Origin: Leptospiraceae bacterium
GTDB lineage: Bacteria; Spirochaetota; Leptospiria; Leptospirales; Leptonemataceae
Length of the DNA: 64,000 nucleotides
Assembly: GCA_040217195.1 (NCBI GenBank)
Contig: JAVJNR010000003.1
Coordinates: 160,001 to 224,000, forward strand
Reading direction: 5' to 3'
Made by a program: the position numbers and the translations under genes. The notes beneath the pieces were generated by a model that saw nothing but the letters and a program-made list of their open reading frames with translations, had not been told where the DNA came from and made no database searches. Positions 52,302-62,404 of this stretch are shown here, piece by piece; position 1 is the stretch's first letter; each line of letters begins with the position of its first letter.

Positions 52302-52659
52302 TCCATAGAAACTTCAATTCGAAAATCTATTCTATTTAATTCTTTTTGGATTTTCGATTTTTCGCGTTCACCTATGAACTAGATTGTCTTTTTGGATTCG
52401 CATTGCTAGTCACCGGACTGTGTCCCGGAACTTCACTCTATGATCTTTTATTTGCCCTATTGAATATTGACTCCAGAATCAATGTCAACGGGTTTTTTTG
52501 TAACTCACGATACGATCAACCCAGACCTGCCGTGGCCGCGTTATTTCCCAAAACCGGCAGAGAGCCAGGATTTCCGGTCTTTAGCCCGGAGCGCATCATA
52601 CCGGGCGCGAAAACTCGGTTATTGTGGACAGATATTAAGAATGGTTAAGTTTATGCCCT

Positions 52660-53658
52660 ATGTCCAGGAATCAAATTCTTATCATCGCCCTGACAGGCAT
52701 TGTATTTCTAGCTGCCATTCTCTGTTTCTATCTGTTTCGTCCCTTAAGCCATGCTCCTTCGCCGGCCACCTTTTCCTGCGCCGAGCTGAATGAAGGCAGG
52801 TTTCAGGCCTTTAAACCAAACCCGAACTATATCTATGGAATCGCCCTGGCCTATAGCCAGCACATTGAAGAAACTGCATCCGGATTCGATCCTGATGAAC
52901 CGCCACCTATTTTTGAAAAGAACTCCAGAGCCCTGACCAGAAATACTGAAATCATTGCAATGCCCAAAAGACAGGATTTGATCCAGGCCATGGAGGACTT
53001 CGAACCAGGGCTGGGCAAGACTGTGGATCAGGATTTCGAAGATCTTCCCGTGCTTCTGGACTATGAAGTGGAGTTAGCTTTTGTTCTTCTGGAGGATTTT
53101 TCCGCATCGGATCTTCAGAGTGATGATTTTTCTCCTGCACTGGGCTTTTTTCTGGCCAACGATGTTTCGGCCCGTACCATCGCGGTGATGGGCGAAGGAC
53201 AGAAAAATCGATACGAATACTGGGGACTGTCCAAGAGCTTTCCAGGATTTCTTCCCGTTTCGGACAAATTGTGGATTCCCGACAATCCAGGTCCCACAAC
53301 TCTGCCCTGCATCACAATCGAGACCTATGTGAACGAGGAATTGCGACAGAGCACTTCCACGGAAGATATGATTTATACTCCGGCCGAGCTAATTCGTCAG
53401 ATTCAAAAGAATTATCCGGACCGAAAGTTAAGCAAAGGAGACCTGGTTCTTATGGGAACTCCCGGTGGCGTAGCTTTCCAGACTCCACGCTGGCTGGCCC
53501 GTCTGGGAACTCTTGTGGGCATGGACCGGTTTGCCAAATTGAAGGCAGTTCTTCGACGGGATCGTTCTCGATTTCTAGAAGTAGGCGATACCATGCGAAT
53601 CCAGGCCCGAGAATTTGCAACTGTAAGCAATGAAATTGCAGCACCCAACGGGGATTAA
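52660..53658 (+). CDS. fumarylacetoacetate hydrolase family protein with N-terminal membrane anchor
   Basis: DYEVEL, ANDVSAR, SKSF, GDLVLMGTPGGV. Confidence 0.85.
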   Translation: MSRNQILIIALTGIVFLAAILCFYLFRPLSHAPSPATFSCAELNEGRFQAFKPNPNYIYGIALAYSQHIEETASGFDPDEPPPIFEKNSRALTRNTEIIAMPKRQDLIQAMEDFEPGLGKTVDQDFEDLPVLLDYEVELAFVLLEDFSASDLQSDDFSPALGFFLANDVSARTIAVMGEGQKNRYEYWGLSKSFPGFLPVSDKLWIPDNPGPTTLPCITIETYVNEELRQSTSTEDMIYTPAELIRQIQKNYPDRKLSKGDLVLMGTPGGVAFQTPRWLARLGTLVGMDRFAKLKAVLRRDRSRFLEVGDTMRIQAREFATVSNEIAAPNGD

Positions 53659-53747
53659 CATCTGATTCGCTACAAATGGAGCTAACTATCCTGAACTTTA
53701 AATCTTTTAGTTGACATATACTTCTTTTTACCCCGCTCTGATGCTCC

Positions 53748-54059
53748 ATGGGCTTGCGAACCCACCGTGATAAATACTACTTGCTGTTTTGTCTTTTGAT
53801 CCTTCTGGGACTCTACAGATATTATTTCCCGAATCACTCGGAAGAATCCCACATTCCACCTTCCGCAGAGTATAGCATAAACTTTCATAGAGAGGCAGAG
53901 TTCATTGTACCGCCAGGCCCTGCCCGATCGGTGAATGCCACGGGTCAGATGCGTGCACTATTAAGCGAAGAATTGAATCGCCAGGATTTGTACAATCGTT
54001 TCCCGGACAACAAATCTGCATCCGATTCCAGGAGTACGGAGTTTTTTGGATGCAATTAG
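53748..54059 (+). CDS. small hypothetical protein with one TM
   Basis: 103-aa ORF with YYLLFCLLILLGLY; overlaps the vWA start by 10 bp. Confidence 0.4.
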   Translation: MGLRTHRDKYYLLFCLLILLGLYRYYFPNHSEESHIPPSAEYSINFHREAEFIVPPGPARSVNATGQMRALLSEELNRQDLYNRFPDNKSASDSRSTEFFGCN

Positions 54060-56137
54060 TCAGTTGCCGAATCTTTAACCGGCTAATCTTATTAAAGCTC
54101 GTTCCAGTTGTTCTACTGCTACTCTCCAGTGCAATTCTGGCCAAACCGGACAAATCTAGAAGTAAAGGTCATTTCGTATCGGTTGTGCTTGTTCTGGACA
54201 TTTCCGGCTCCATGTCTGTAAACGATCCTGATCGACTGAGCTGGGACGCAGCAAATCTAATGGCGAATCTTCTGAGCCAGGGGGATGAAATTGGCCTGGT
54301 GCTTTTTAATCATGAAGTAGTAAGCACTCTTGGTCCTCTGCGAATTGGCCAGGATAATATCAGTAGAGATACAATCAAAGAAAGGCTTTCCGGGCGATAC
54401 AATGGCGGTACGGATATTCTTGGTGCCGTAAACAAAGGCATGGATATGCTGGGAAATGTACAATCGTCGCCCAGACGAAAGAAGGCAATACTGGTTCTCA
54501 CGGACGGCGCAGATCAGAGCTCACTGGACTCCTATAGAGCTGCCCATCTAAGATCTCTGAACCAGGGAATTACGATTTTTCCTGTTGCAATGGGAACCGA
54601 GCCCAGCAAAGAAAAATTGCTGGCACTTACCGACGAATCAGAACTATTGCAGGCCAATCAGCCCCAGGAATTACCGGATACATTTTCTATTATCTACGCT
54701 CGCCTATTCGACTCCATGATTTCGCGACCGCAGGGCACTGGAACAGGCTTTGTTTTTCAGGCCCATCCGCTTACCGCTGAAATGAACCTCATCCTTTCGG
54801 ACGATGATCCAGGCAGCTTGAACTTTACCGTTTATGATCCAGCTGGAAAGGCCCTGTCGAGCAACGAGGCCAGACACGGAAAGAAGTTCATTTCGCTTCA
54901 GATCGTTTCACCCACTCCGGGAGAGTGGAAAGTTCAAACCACAAGAATCCCGGACAATATGAGTTTGCTCCAGATTGCAGACCTGAAGCTAGAAGTGAAA
55001 TGGGGAGATGTTAGCCCACTGAAGAAAACAATAACCGTGGACCAGGCCAGATTGCTTACAGAAAACGGCACTCGGATCCTGGACGAAGAGCGGTACTATC
55101 GAGGCACAAGGTTCGAACTGGTGGTGCGGGGCCCTGGTGGAGAGAAAACATATGAACTAAGAGACGATGGTCAGGGAGCGGATCGCCAGGCCAACGATCG
55201 GATTTTTGCAGGCACTGGAAAGATCGATGGAATTGGCCAGTACAGCTATTATGTAAGAGTTCACTTTCCTGTCTTTAAACCCACCTCCGAAAGGTACTTT
55301 CTGGCCCTCCAGGAGAAGGTCTGGTTCAGGCTAAAATGGCAAACCAATGCAGCCCCGGCGGTACAGCAGGGACAGATCCTGGGTCTGCCCATTCAAATAA
55401 CAGAAAACAAACCGGCCGATCCAGAGGGAGAAAACATCCATGTTCGACTACATCCAAAATCTGGGCCCGACTGGAACTCTATTGAGCTATTAAATACGGA
55501 ACTAAATGTTAAAGAACGTTCTCCGGGAACCGTGCGAATTCGTCCGGATTATTACCGCGGCATAGATCTTGGATTGTTTAGCGCAACACCCGGTACCTAC
55601 GAAGGCGAACTGGAGTTTTTCTATCCGGGTCAGGATAGCGTTCGCCTGCCAGTCAAATTCGAAGTAAGATCGGCCCCTTTTCTTGATAAATTGCTGGGAG
55701 CCCTTATATTCTGGTCTTGCATTGCGCTGGTGATCGCAATTCTAATGGGACTGCGAAAGGCTGTGTGGTTTCCAAGAAAAATGAGAATCTTCCTTTGGGA
55801 TGAACATGGACAGAGAAAGCGCAGCAGCGATATCCTGCCCCGAAGCAAGTGGCTCTATGGAAAAAGCAGCCTTCAAATTGGCTCAGCCACTCTGTTCTCC
55901 CGAGGACATAAAAGCACCAATCATGATCTATATTACGAGGAAGACGGTATCCGGCAGAGAGAGCCGGTAGGAAAGCACCAAATCATACTCACACCCGCCG
56001 GCGGTTATGTGGTGGTGAGCGATGGTTACTTGAGCTTTGATCAGGAAATGAATCTGGGAGATCAAATCGGCCGGACTTATCGGCGAAGCCCCCTATCCCC
56101 GGAAGAAGAAGTCAGAATAATAGAAAGCGAATTCTAA
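54050..56137 (+). CDS. exported vWA (MIDAS) protein with C-terminal TM and cytoplasmic tail
   Basis: Signal peptide; DISGSMS, GGTD, LTDG MIDAS residues; LRDDG...D...ND.IF (choice-of-anchor X-like); TM LLGALIFWSCIALVIAILMGL. Confidence 0.85.
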   Translation: MQLVSCRIFNRLILLKLVPVVLLLLSSAILAKPDKSRSKGHFVSVVLVLDISGSMSVNDPDRLSWDAANLMANLLSQGDEIGLVLFNHEVVSTLGPLRIGQDNISRDTIKERLSGRYNGGTDILGAVNKGMDMLGNVQSSPRRKKAILVLTDGADQSSLDSYRAAHLRSLNQGITIFPVAMGTEPSKEKLLALTDESELLQANQPQELPDTFSIIYARLFDSMISRPQGTGTGFVFQAHPLTAEMNLILSDDDPGSLNFTVYDPAGKALSSNEARHGKKFISLQIVSPTPGEWKVQTTRIPDNMSLLQIADLKLEVKWGDVSPLKKTITVDQARLLTENGTRILDEERYYRGTRFELVVRGPGGEKTYELRDDGQGADRQANDRIFAGTGKIDGIGQYSYYVRVHFPVFKPTSERYFLALQEKVWFRLKWQTNAAPAVQQGQILGLPIQITENKPADPEGENIHVRLHPKSGPDWNSIELLNTELNVKERSPGTVRIRPDYYRGIDLGLFSATPGTYEGELEFFYPGQDSVRLPVKFEVRSAPFLDKLLGALIFWSCIALVIAILMGLRKAVWFPRKMRIFLWDEHGQRKRSSDILPRSKWLYGKSSLQIGSATLFSRGHKSTNHDLYYEEDGIRQREPVGKHQIILTPAGGYVVVSDGYLSFDQEMNLGDQIGRTYRRSPLSPEEEVRIIESEF

Positions 56138-56214
56138 GAAGCTTTCCATTCAGGACCTTGCTCGCATGGAAACACTGGATGCAATAATTGGATTCGCATA
56201 ACATTGAGGAAGAA

Positions 56215-59200
56215 ATGGCAAAAGAAATCGAAAGTTTTACACCACATTTAGTACTGGGAATTGGAGGAACCGGAAGTCGAGTGCTGCAGCGACTTATGGA
56301 GCTCACCTCAGCGCAGAAAGACCGAGTCAAGGCACTGCAAAAAAACAGGCTTCTAAATTTTGTTGCTATTGATACGGACGTAAACGATCTTCAGAAGCTT
56401 GGATTGCCGCGGCAGAATCAAATTCTCATCTCTGAAGGTGTGAATATGCCGGTCTACGCTGGCACCCGAAAAAGAGAAGATGAGTTAAGACCACTGGATG
56501 AACGTACTTTTCGCTGGTTTCCTCCCAGAGATGAGGTGGGCACATCGTTTGAAACACATAACCTGGGAAACGGGGCTGGCCAAATTCGATTCTACTCCAG
56601 GATCGGATGGGAATATACATGCCAGAATATGAATCTGGAAAGCCAGTTTGAAAACCTGCTGGGTAGCCTGATCAGTATCGACGTGAACAAGACTGTTCTT
56701 TCCGAAAGTCCAACCATTATTGCAACCATAGTTGGATCCATTGCAGGAGGAACCGGCTCAGGGGTCTTCTTACAGGTCGCCGCCATGCTGAAAGATATCG
56801 CGGCCAGGAAATTGAAAAGACAGCTTCTGGTCAAAGGCTACTTCTTTACTGCTGATATCTATACGCGGGGAGGCCTACTGCCAGAAGAGCAGCATGATGA
56901 CATAAAGGCCAATACCTATGCCTGCCTGAAAGATCTAAATGCTTTTAATCGATTACTAACTCGCATCAATCGACCAATTCTGTTCGATGAAGGGGACCTG
57001 GATTTTATCTGGAACCCAAGGGATGGTCGCCGGGATCTGAGCACAATTATGTACCGTCCATACGATATGGTGTATATTGTAGATGCTACAAATAGCACCG
57101 GCACATTACCGGTGGGACCCGGCATAGAGTTTCGCGCCTATGAGTCCATGCTTGCTGATGCACTTTACTGCTCCATATTCACTCCAATTTCATCCAAAGC
57201 GCTGAGCATAGAGAACAATGAAATAATAAACAAGATTGCTGCAGAACAATCCGGAGATGACTTCCCCGGGTATGGAGCGGTAGGTGCTGCAAGAGTCGTA
57301 TTTCCGGTGGATGATGTTTCAGATTTCCTTAGCTACAAGTATTGTCAGAGTATTCTGAGTTCCCAGTGGGCACGACTGGATCGAAGCCATCAGGAAAACC
57401 TGGTGGAATTCAATCGAGCCCAGGACCAGGGACGGTATAACGTCAAGATGCCTGAAAGACATCAGGACTTTATTCGAGACTTTGAATCCGAAGTGGCCCG
57501 GGGCGATGAAGCGGATCCCTCAATCGTAGCCGCATCCAACCATTACAAATATCTCACAGGTACGGAGCATTCCGGAGGTATACCTCATGGCGCTGATCTA
57601 AAATCCGTTCTGGAGCAATCCGCATTTGTTCGCGCCCTGGACGAAGAAATAGAACATCGAATCCTGGGGCATTTCCATACGGACAGTCATAACGTAATTT
57701 CTGAAAAGGGATTCTCCAGAACCATGATTCGAGATTACAATACTGTGGGTATCCTGCAACAGGACCGAAATCATCAGGTAGAATATTTGCGAGGACTGTT
57801 GCACAACAATGATCGCCACCTAAATGCAATCAAGCAGACGATACGCGACCTTGAAGCCACCCTGGCCCGCCAAATAGTGAGAGACTGTCTAGATGATGAT
57901 GCCTCCGCGAGAACTTCTGAGCGAATGGATCAGCTCAAAGATTATCAGCTTATTCGATGGCTAACTCTCGACCCCACAAAGAAGGGGCATAACATATTCT
58001 TTATACGATACTTCCTTTCCAGAGAACTGGAAAGTCTGCGAGCGGCACTGGAATCCCTGAAGAAAGAACGACATTCCCTGGAAAGAAAGTTTCAACGAAA
58101 TTCTAGAGCCTTTGATGATCCATCGACCGAAGACATTGTAGAAACTCCACTCCAGTTGCTGGAACAGAACATGGCCGGCTCCGGCATCAATGGAGTGATG
58201 CAGAAATTTCATGATGTGGTTACTTTTCGAAATAACTTTGTTCATGGTATGGTTTCGGGTACCGGAGAATGGAGTCAGGATCTGGACACCTGGATGAAGG
58301 ATAGATTGCGTCTGGAGCTAGAAGCGTTTGCCGTTGATATAAAAATGCAGGTTTATGAAGCTCTGTTCAAGCGCCTGGGGTTTGATCAACTGGGAAGTCA
58401 GGGTGGATTGCTGGATGTAGTCCACAGGCTGGCAGATACAATCATTTCAATCAGCGAATTATTCGAACGAAATGTTGAAAACAAAAGACAACGAAATTTA
58501 CAGGGCGGTAAGCTTGCAGGCGCTGTTCTTGTACATTGTCAGCCAGAGTCCAAAGATTACATATGGAAATCTGTGGGCGGAGAATTGAGAAGTGCCAATT
58601 CCGTTCTCGTGGATACTTACCAGGGATTGATCAACTTCTGCGAGACTACCTGGAGAGATATTCAAAGCATTTCCGCACCCAGCCCGGAAGTTGAAAAGCA
58701 AAGGATTTCTTCTATCTATCAGAGATCTTTCCGATTGAATGCATATGACGAAACTGATCCGGGACCAGTATTTGAAAAGTTAATCCAGCCATCCAGGAAA
58801 TTTCTGGAGGCAGCCTTGCGAAAGAAATACAATGTATTGAGCGCCATGCTGGAAGAGGCAGAATATGTGAGGGGAGTTTCCTTTGCAGACACCGATGAGA
58901 AAATGCAGTACCTGGCCGAGCAACTGGGCATAGCGTTTTCCAATGCTGCACCGTTTACGAATGTGTTCAAGGATGCAACTCCCATAAATGTTATCGCATA
59001 CAATCATGGGCTAATTGATAGCGGAATGCATGAAATTCTGGAGAAGTTTGGTGGAGATCGCAGTGTTTCGCAGGGAGGAAGTATCGATGATCCCAATGTG
59101 GTCATCTTCTACCGTACAATGGTAGGCCAGAAGATGTCTGAATTCAGAAATGTATTGGAGTTCCGACGATACTATGTGGATTCAGTGATCAATCGACATA

Positions 59201-59739
59201 TCCATCGTGAATGGCCGGATCTCTTGCCAGAGCTTTCCGATGAAATTGAGCTGGAGCATTTTAAAACCTTCGCTTTCTGCGAAGCGGCCGGTATCATTCA
59301 ATGTGCAGATGCGGATCGCGGAGAATATCAGTATGATCTTGCATTCAGGGACCCGTCCCATCAGGAATGGCGGCCTCTGGGCTCAAGCTACCGTAATTCA
59401 CTCGTTGGTCTGAGGCACATGATTCGAAAGCACTCCGAATTTCGTAATGCTATCTCAGACCAGGAAAGCAAAGAACGATCCAGGTATGATCGCCGTTCCA
59501 GTTTTGACTTCGCAGATAAACTATTCCATCTAATGGATAGCTTTCAGTCCAGAGCCAGCAGCATCAAAGATGGTCTGGATGATAAGAGCATTACGCCGCA
59601 TATCCTGGAGAGACTGGCCGAGGCCTGTTCGGAAATTGTGGTTGAGATGGTTTCTGGCACTGAAGTCGAATTCCAGGAGGCCAGAAAGGGAGCCAGAGAG
59701 CGAAAACCTGGAAATGGATCTCAAGTAGTCGGACGATAG
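56215..59739 (+). CDS. large FtsZ/tubulin-like GTPase (Tubulin_2 / FtsZl1 type)
   Basis: LGIGGTG, AIDTD, GAGQIR, GSIAGGTGSG, ANTYACLKDL; long helical/coiled-coil C-terminus. GAGGA RBS before the ATG at 56215. Confidence 0.9.
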   Translation: MAKEIESFTPHLVLGIGGTGSRVLQRLMELTSAQKDRVKALQKNRLLNFVAIDTDVNDLQKLGLPRQNQILISEGVNMPVYAGTRKREDELRPLDERTFRWFPPRDEVGTSFETHNLGNGAGQIRFYSRIGWEYTCQNMNLESQFENLLGSLISIDVNKTVLSESPTIIATIVGSIAGGTGSGVFLQVAAMLKDIAARKLKRQLLVKGYFFTADIYTRGGLLPEEQHDDIKANTYACLKDLNAFNRLLTRINRPILFDEGDLDFIWNPRDGRRDLSTIMYRPYDMVYIVDATNSTGTLPVGPGIEFRAYESMLADALYCSIFTPISSKALSIENNEIINKIAAEQSGDDFPGYGAVGAARVVFPVDDVSDFLSYKYCQSILSSQWARLDRSHQENLVEFNRAQDQGRYNVKMPERHQDFIRDFESEVARGDEADPSIVAASNHYKYLTGTEHSGGIPHGADLKSVLEQSAFVRALDEEIEHRILGHFHTDSHNVISEKGFSRTMIRDYNTVGILQQDRNHQVEYLRGLLHNNDRHLNAIKQTIRDLEATLARQIVRDCLDDDASARTSERMDQLKDYQLIRWLTLDPTKKGHNIFFIRYFLSRELESLRAALESLKKERHSLERKFQRNSRAFDDPSTEDIVETPLQLLEQNMAGSGINGVMQKFHDVVTFRNNFVHGMVSGTGEWSQDLDTWMKDRLRLELEAFAVDIKMQVYEALFKRLGFDQLGSQGGLLDVVHRLADTIISISELFERNVENKRQRNLQGGKLAGAVLVHCQPESKDYIWKSVGGELRSANSVLVDTYQGLINFCETTWRDIQSISAPSPEVEKQRISSIYQRSFRLNAYDETDPGPVFEKLIQPSRKFLEAALRKKYNVLSAMLEEAEYVRGVSFADTDEKMQYLAEQLGIAFSNAAPFTNVFKDATPINVIAYNHGLIDSGMHEILEKFGGDRSVSQGGSIDDPNVVIFYRTMVGQKMSEFRNVLEFRRYYVDSVINRHIHREWPDLLPELSDEIELEHFKTFAFCEAAGIIQCADADRGEYQYDLAFRDPSHQEWRPLGSSYRNSLVGLRHMIRKHSEFRNAISDQESKERSRYDRRSSFDFADKLFHLMDSFQSRASSIKDGLDDKSITPHILERLAEACSEIVVEMVSGTEVEFQEARKGARERKPGNGSQVVGR

Positions 59740-59740
59740 G

Positions 59741-62404
59741 ATGGCTTCCAAGGTTTCCAGCCTGGTACTTCAGATTGGCCATCAAATCCAGCGGTTGAAC
59801 GAAGACCTGCAGGATGAATTGTCAACCGAAGACCGAATTCGATTTCTGCGAGCAGAATTAAGGTCTTTGAATAAGGGGCAGACAATCCTGCGCCTGTCCG
59901 GTAATAGTGATTCCGGAGTTCATGAGGTGGACCCTGCAAACCAGGCTGGGATTTATCAGGAGCAACCGCTCTTAGATCCTATCTATACATGCCTACTGGA
60001 TGAGATTCAGGCATTGCTGCAATTCGAGCCAGGCGATCATATGAATCGTCAGGTCCGAATCATTGTGCATGGCTCATTAACGGCTGCAGAAGACCGTAGC
60101 TGTTTTCTGAAGATTCTGCAATACCTGGCAGTGGTTCTCAAGAGCTTTTCTGCAAATGTCATTCGTCTGGTTCCGGTCATTCCATTCGCCAGCCGAAACG
60201 ATGCACAATTTTTCGCAAACCTGAGAGCCCTGGATGAAAGGTTCCGGGAAATGGAGCAAATCTACAGGTATGGCTCTGCGACTCCACCGGAGCTCCATGG
60301 TAGCCATTATCCACCCTATTTAAAGAGAGTAATTCTGATCTCGGATGACCTGGGGGGTCAGATCATGAACTCTGATGAACAGTCTTCGCTCTTATTCTTA
60401 ACTCTGCGACTTCTATGCGAACCGGGTGGATTCGTAAACAGATATAGAATCTATAGAGATGATGATACCCAATCAGATAGTCTGGAGAAATGGCTTCAGG
60501 TGGACGATCTTCTGAGTCCTGTGGGTGAAGTAGTTGATCCCTGGTCCGGTCCATATAGCTCTATTGGTTTTATTCACTATGGCATAGATGTAAAAAGAAT
60601 TAATCGAGTGATGAAGCTCTACCTGTATCATCTACTTATTGAAAAGCTGGCCCAGCCCGAGCTCATAGAAGGAGAATACGTTTTTCAGAATGCGGACAAT
60701 GAACTAGAACAATTAATACTGCGCCAAATGCAGGGTCAGGTCCATCCGGGTAGCCTGGAAATCATGAACCAGGAGGAATGTAGCGAAGCCTGGAACGAGC
60801 TGGTCCGAATTCAGAGCGTTAGCAAAGAATCGAAAAAGCTTTCCCTGGACCAGCCTGCATTGAAAGAGCTTGCCCGAAGCCTGCGAAAAGCCGGCCAGAA
60901 TGAACAAAAAGGATCCACACAATCAGATGTTATTGCTGTAATCGATGACCTCCAATCCACACTGGACCGACAGCTACCAGACTATGAGGATCTGGGTGCC
61001 CAGTTCTCAGATCTTTATCGGCGTGTGGCCCGGATTGTAGATCAGAAGGCTGTGCATTTTGCCAGTCAGATCAAAAGAAGATTCAGCCTGGTTGTGGAAT
61101 CTATTGCAAATTATTCTGAAGTGAATGAATCCGATTCTACATTGCATCAGGCAAGGCAGCTTAGCGAATATTTCAAGGAAAGCAGTGAAAAATCCATTCT
61201 CTCTCGTTGGCGCGGTCTGTCTTATGTATTGCAAAGAGCTTACAGAGAGCTTGTGACCCATCGCCAGAACATTCATCATCTTAGACTGACTCGCAGCAGA
61301 CTGGCCCCGGTGGAACACCTGCAGGAATCCGAGAATGGATTTCGCAGTAAATTGCAGGAAATTCGAAAAAGAGCCCTGAAACTCGGAAATGCCAGGTTCA
61401 GCCTGCTAATACCAGCTCTTCTGGGAACAATACTTGGTCTGACTGGATTAATTATACATTCCTCCCCTTTCGCTCCAGTAAGCGTTAGACTACCTTTTCA
61501 TCTACTTCATACAGCCATTGATCTAATTCTTCCAGATTCCATGCGAAATGCCACATTCTTCGCAGGACAGGCATCCCTCACTCTACCTGGAGCAATCTTC
61601 TGGGGCATTTTCATAGGAGCTGGTTTTCTATCCGCATACCTGCTTCGTCGCCATCAGTCCAGCAAGGCAACCCATCTCCAGGAGGAAGTAAATGAAGCCC
61701 TGAATTCCTATCTACAATCTCTGAAGATTCGGCCGGACCAGATCTTAGAGTCTCAGGCCTATTTCCGAGAAGGAAGATTTCTGCAGGAATATGCCAACCT
61801 CATTCGCCGCACACTTTTTCATTTTCATTCCTATGATCATGCATCCGGACAGGTGGCTCGCAGAATTCGACATGAATTGTTAATTCGTGGAGCCAGGCTA
61901 GAAGGAAAGAAGCTTCGCTTTGATGCAAACCATTTGCGACAGACCACAATAGAGTCCGACATGGTGGATCGATTCGAAATCAGTCTGCTCAAATCCCGGG
62001 AACTGGAAAGAATGGCAGACCGAATTCTGGAAAGGGATTTAACCGGAGAACTTCTGGCCGCACTTCAGGTCTTTTCCTGCGAAGAAAACCAGGAAGATAT
62101 AATGGATCGCAAATTGGATGAGTTGCTGCTACGCGATCTACCGCTCCATGAAGTTGAACGGATAATTTCACAACATGTAGAAGATTCAGCTTCCGAGAGC
62201 CTAAAGCAGGCAGCCACAGGCAAGAGACCCTTCTGGGCTCTATCTCTGAATCCAGAAAACTACACTGGCGGCGCTTTTGTGCGCAAAACCTTTCAGGGGG
62301 ACCGCAATTTCGGTGAAATGTTTCATCTGTTCTATGTTCGGCGAGGATTCTCCCTGGAAGAACTGGAACGGACCATCCGCTCCGCAAGTCAGGAGGCGCT
62401 TTGA
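59741..62404 (+). CDS. membrane protein with probable degenerate tubulin-like N-terminal domain, coiled coils and 2 TMs
   Basis: Motif order parallels the upstream GTPase; TMs FSLLIPALLGTILGLTGLII and LPGAIFWGIFIGAGFLSAYLL. Confidence 0.7.
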   Translation: MASKVSSLVLQIGHQIQRLNEDLQDELSTEDRIRFLRAELRSLNKGQTILRLSGNSDSGVHEVDPANQAGIYQEQPLLDPIYTCLLDEIQALLQFEPGDHMNRQVRIIVHGSLTAAEDRSCFLKILQYLAVVLKSFSANVIRLVPVIPFASRNDAQFFANLRALDERFREMEQIYRYGSATPPELHGSHYPPYLKRVILISDDLGGQIMNSDEQSSLLFLTLRLLCEPGGFVNRYRIYRDDDTQSDSLEKWLQVDDLLSPVGEVVDPWSGPYSSIGFIHYGIDVKRINRVMKLYLYHLLIEKLAQPELIEGEYVFQNADNELEQLILRQMQGQVHPGSLEIMNQEECSEAWNELVRIQSVSKESKKLSLDQPALKELARSLRKAGQNEQKGSTQSDVIAVIDDLQSTLDRQLPDYEDLGAQFSDLYRRVARIVDQKAVHFASQIKRRFSLVVESIANYSEVNESDSTLHQARQLSEYFKESSEKSILSRWRGLSYVLQRAYRELVTHRQNIHHLRLTRSRLAPVEHLQESENGFRSKLQEIRKRALKLGNARFSLLIPALLGTILGLTGLIIHSSPFAPVSVRLPFHLLHTAIDLILPDSMRNATFFAGQASLTLPGAIFWGIFIGAGFLSAYLLRRHQSSKATHLQEEVNEALNSYLQSLKIRPDQILESQAYFREGRFLQEYANLIRRTLFHFHSYDHASGQVARRIRHELLIRGARLEGKKLRFDANHLRQTTIESDMVDRFEISLLKSRELERMADRILERDLTGELLAALQVFSCEENQEDIMDRKLDELLLRDLPLHEVERIISQHVEDSASESLKQAATGKRPFWALSLNPENYTGGAFVRKTFQGDRNFGEMFHLFYVRRGFSLEELERTIRSASQEAL

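Noticed and set aside
52467..52488. TTGAC-N12-GTCAA inverted repeat in a divergent promoter region
   Set aside because: Short arms, single copy and no adjacent regulator; could be back-to-back -35 boxes or chance.
56215..59739. Canonical cell-division ftsZ
   Set aside because: About three times too long, divergent motifs (GAGQIR, ANTYA), no ftsA/ftsQ context.
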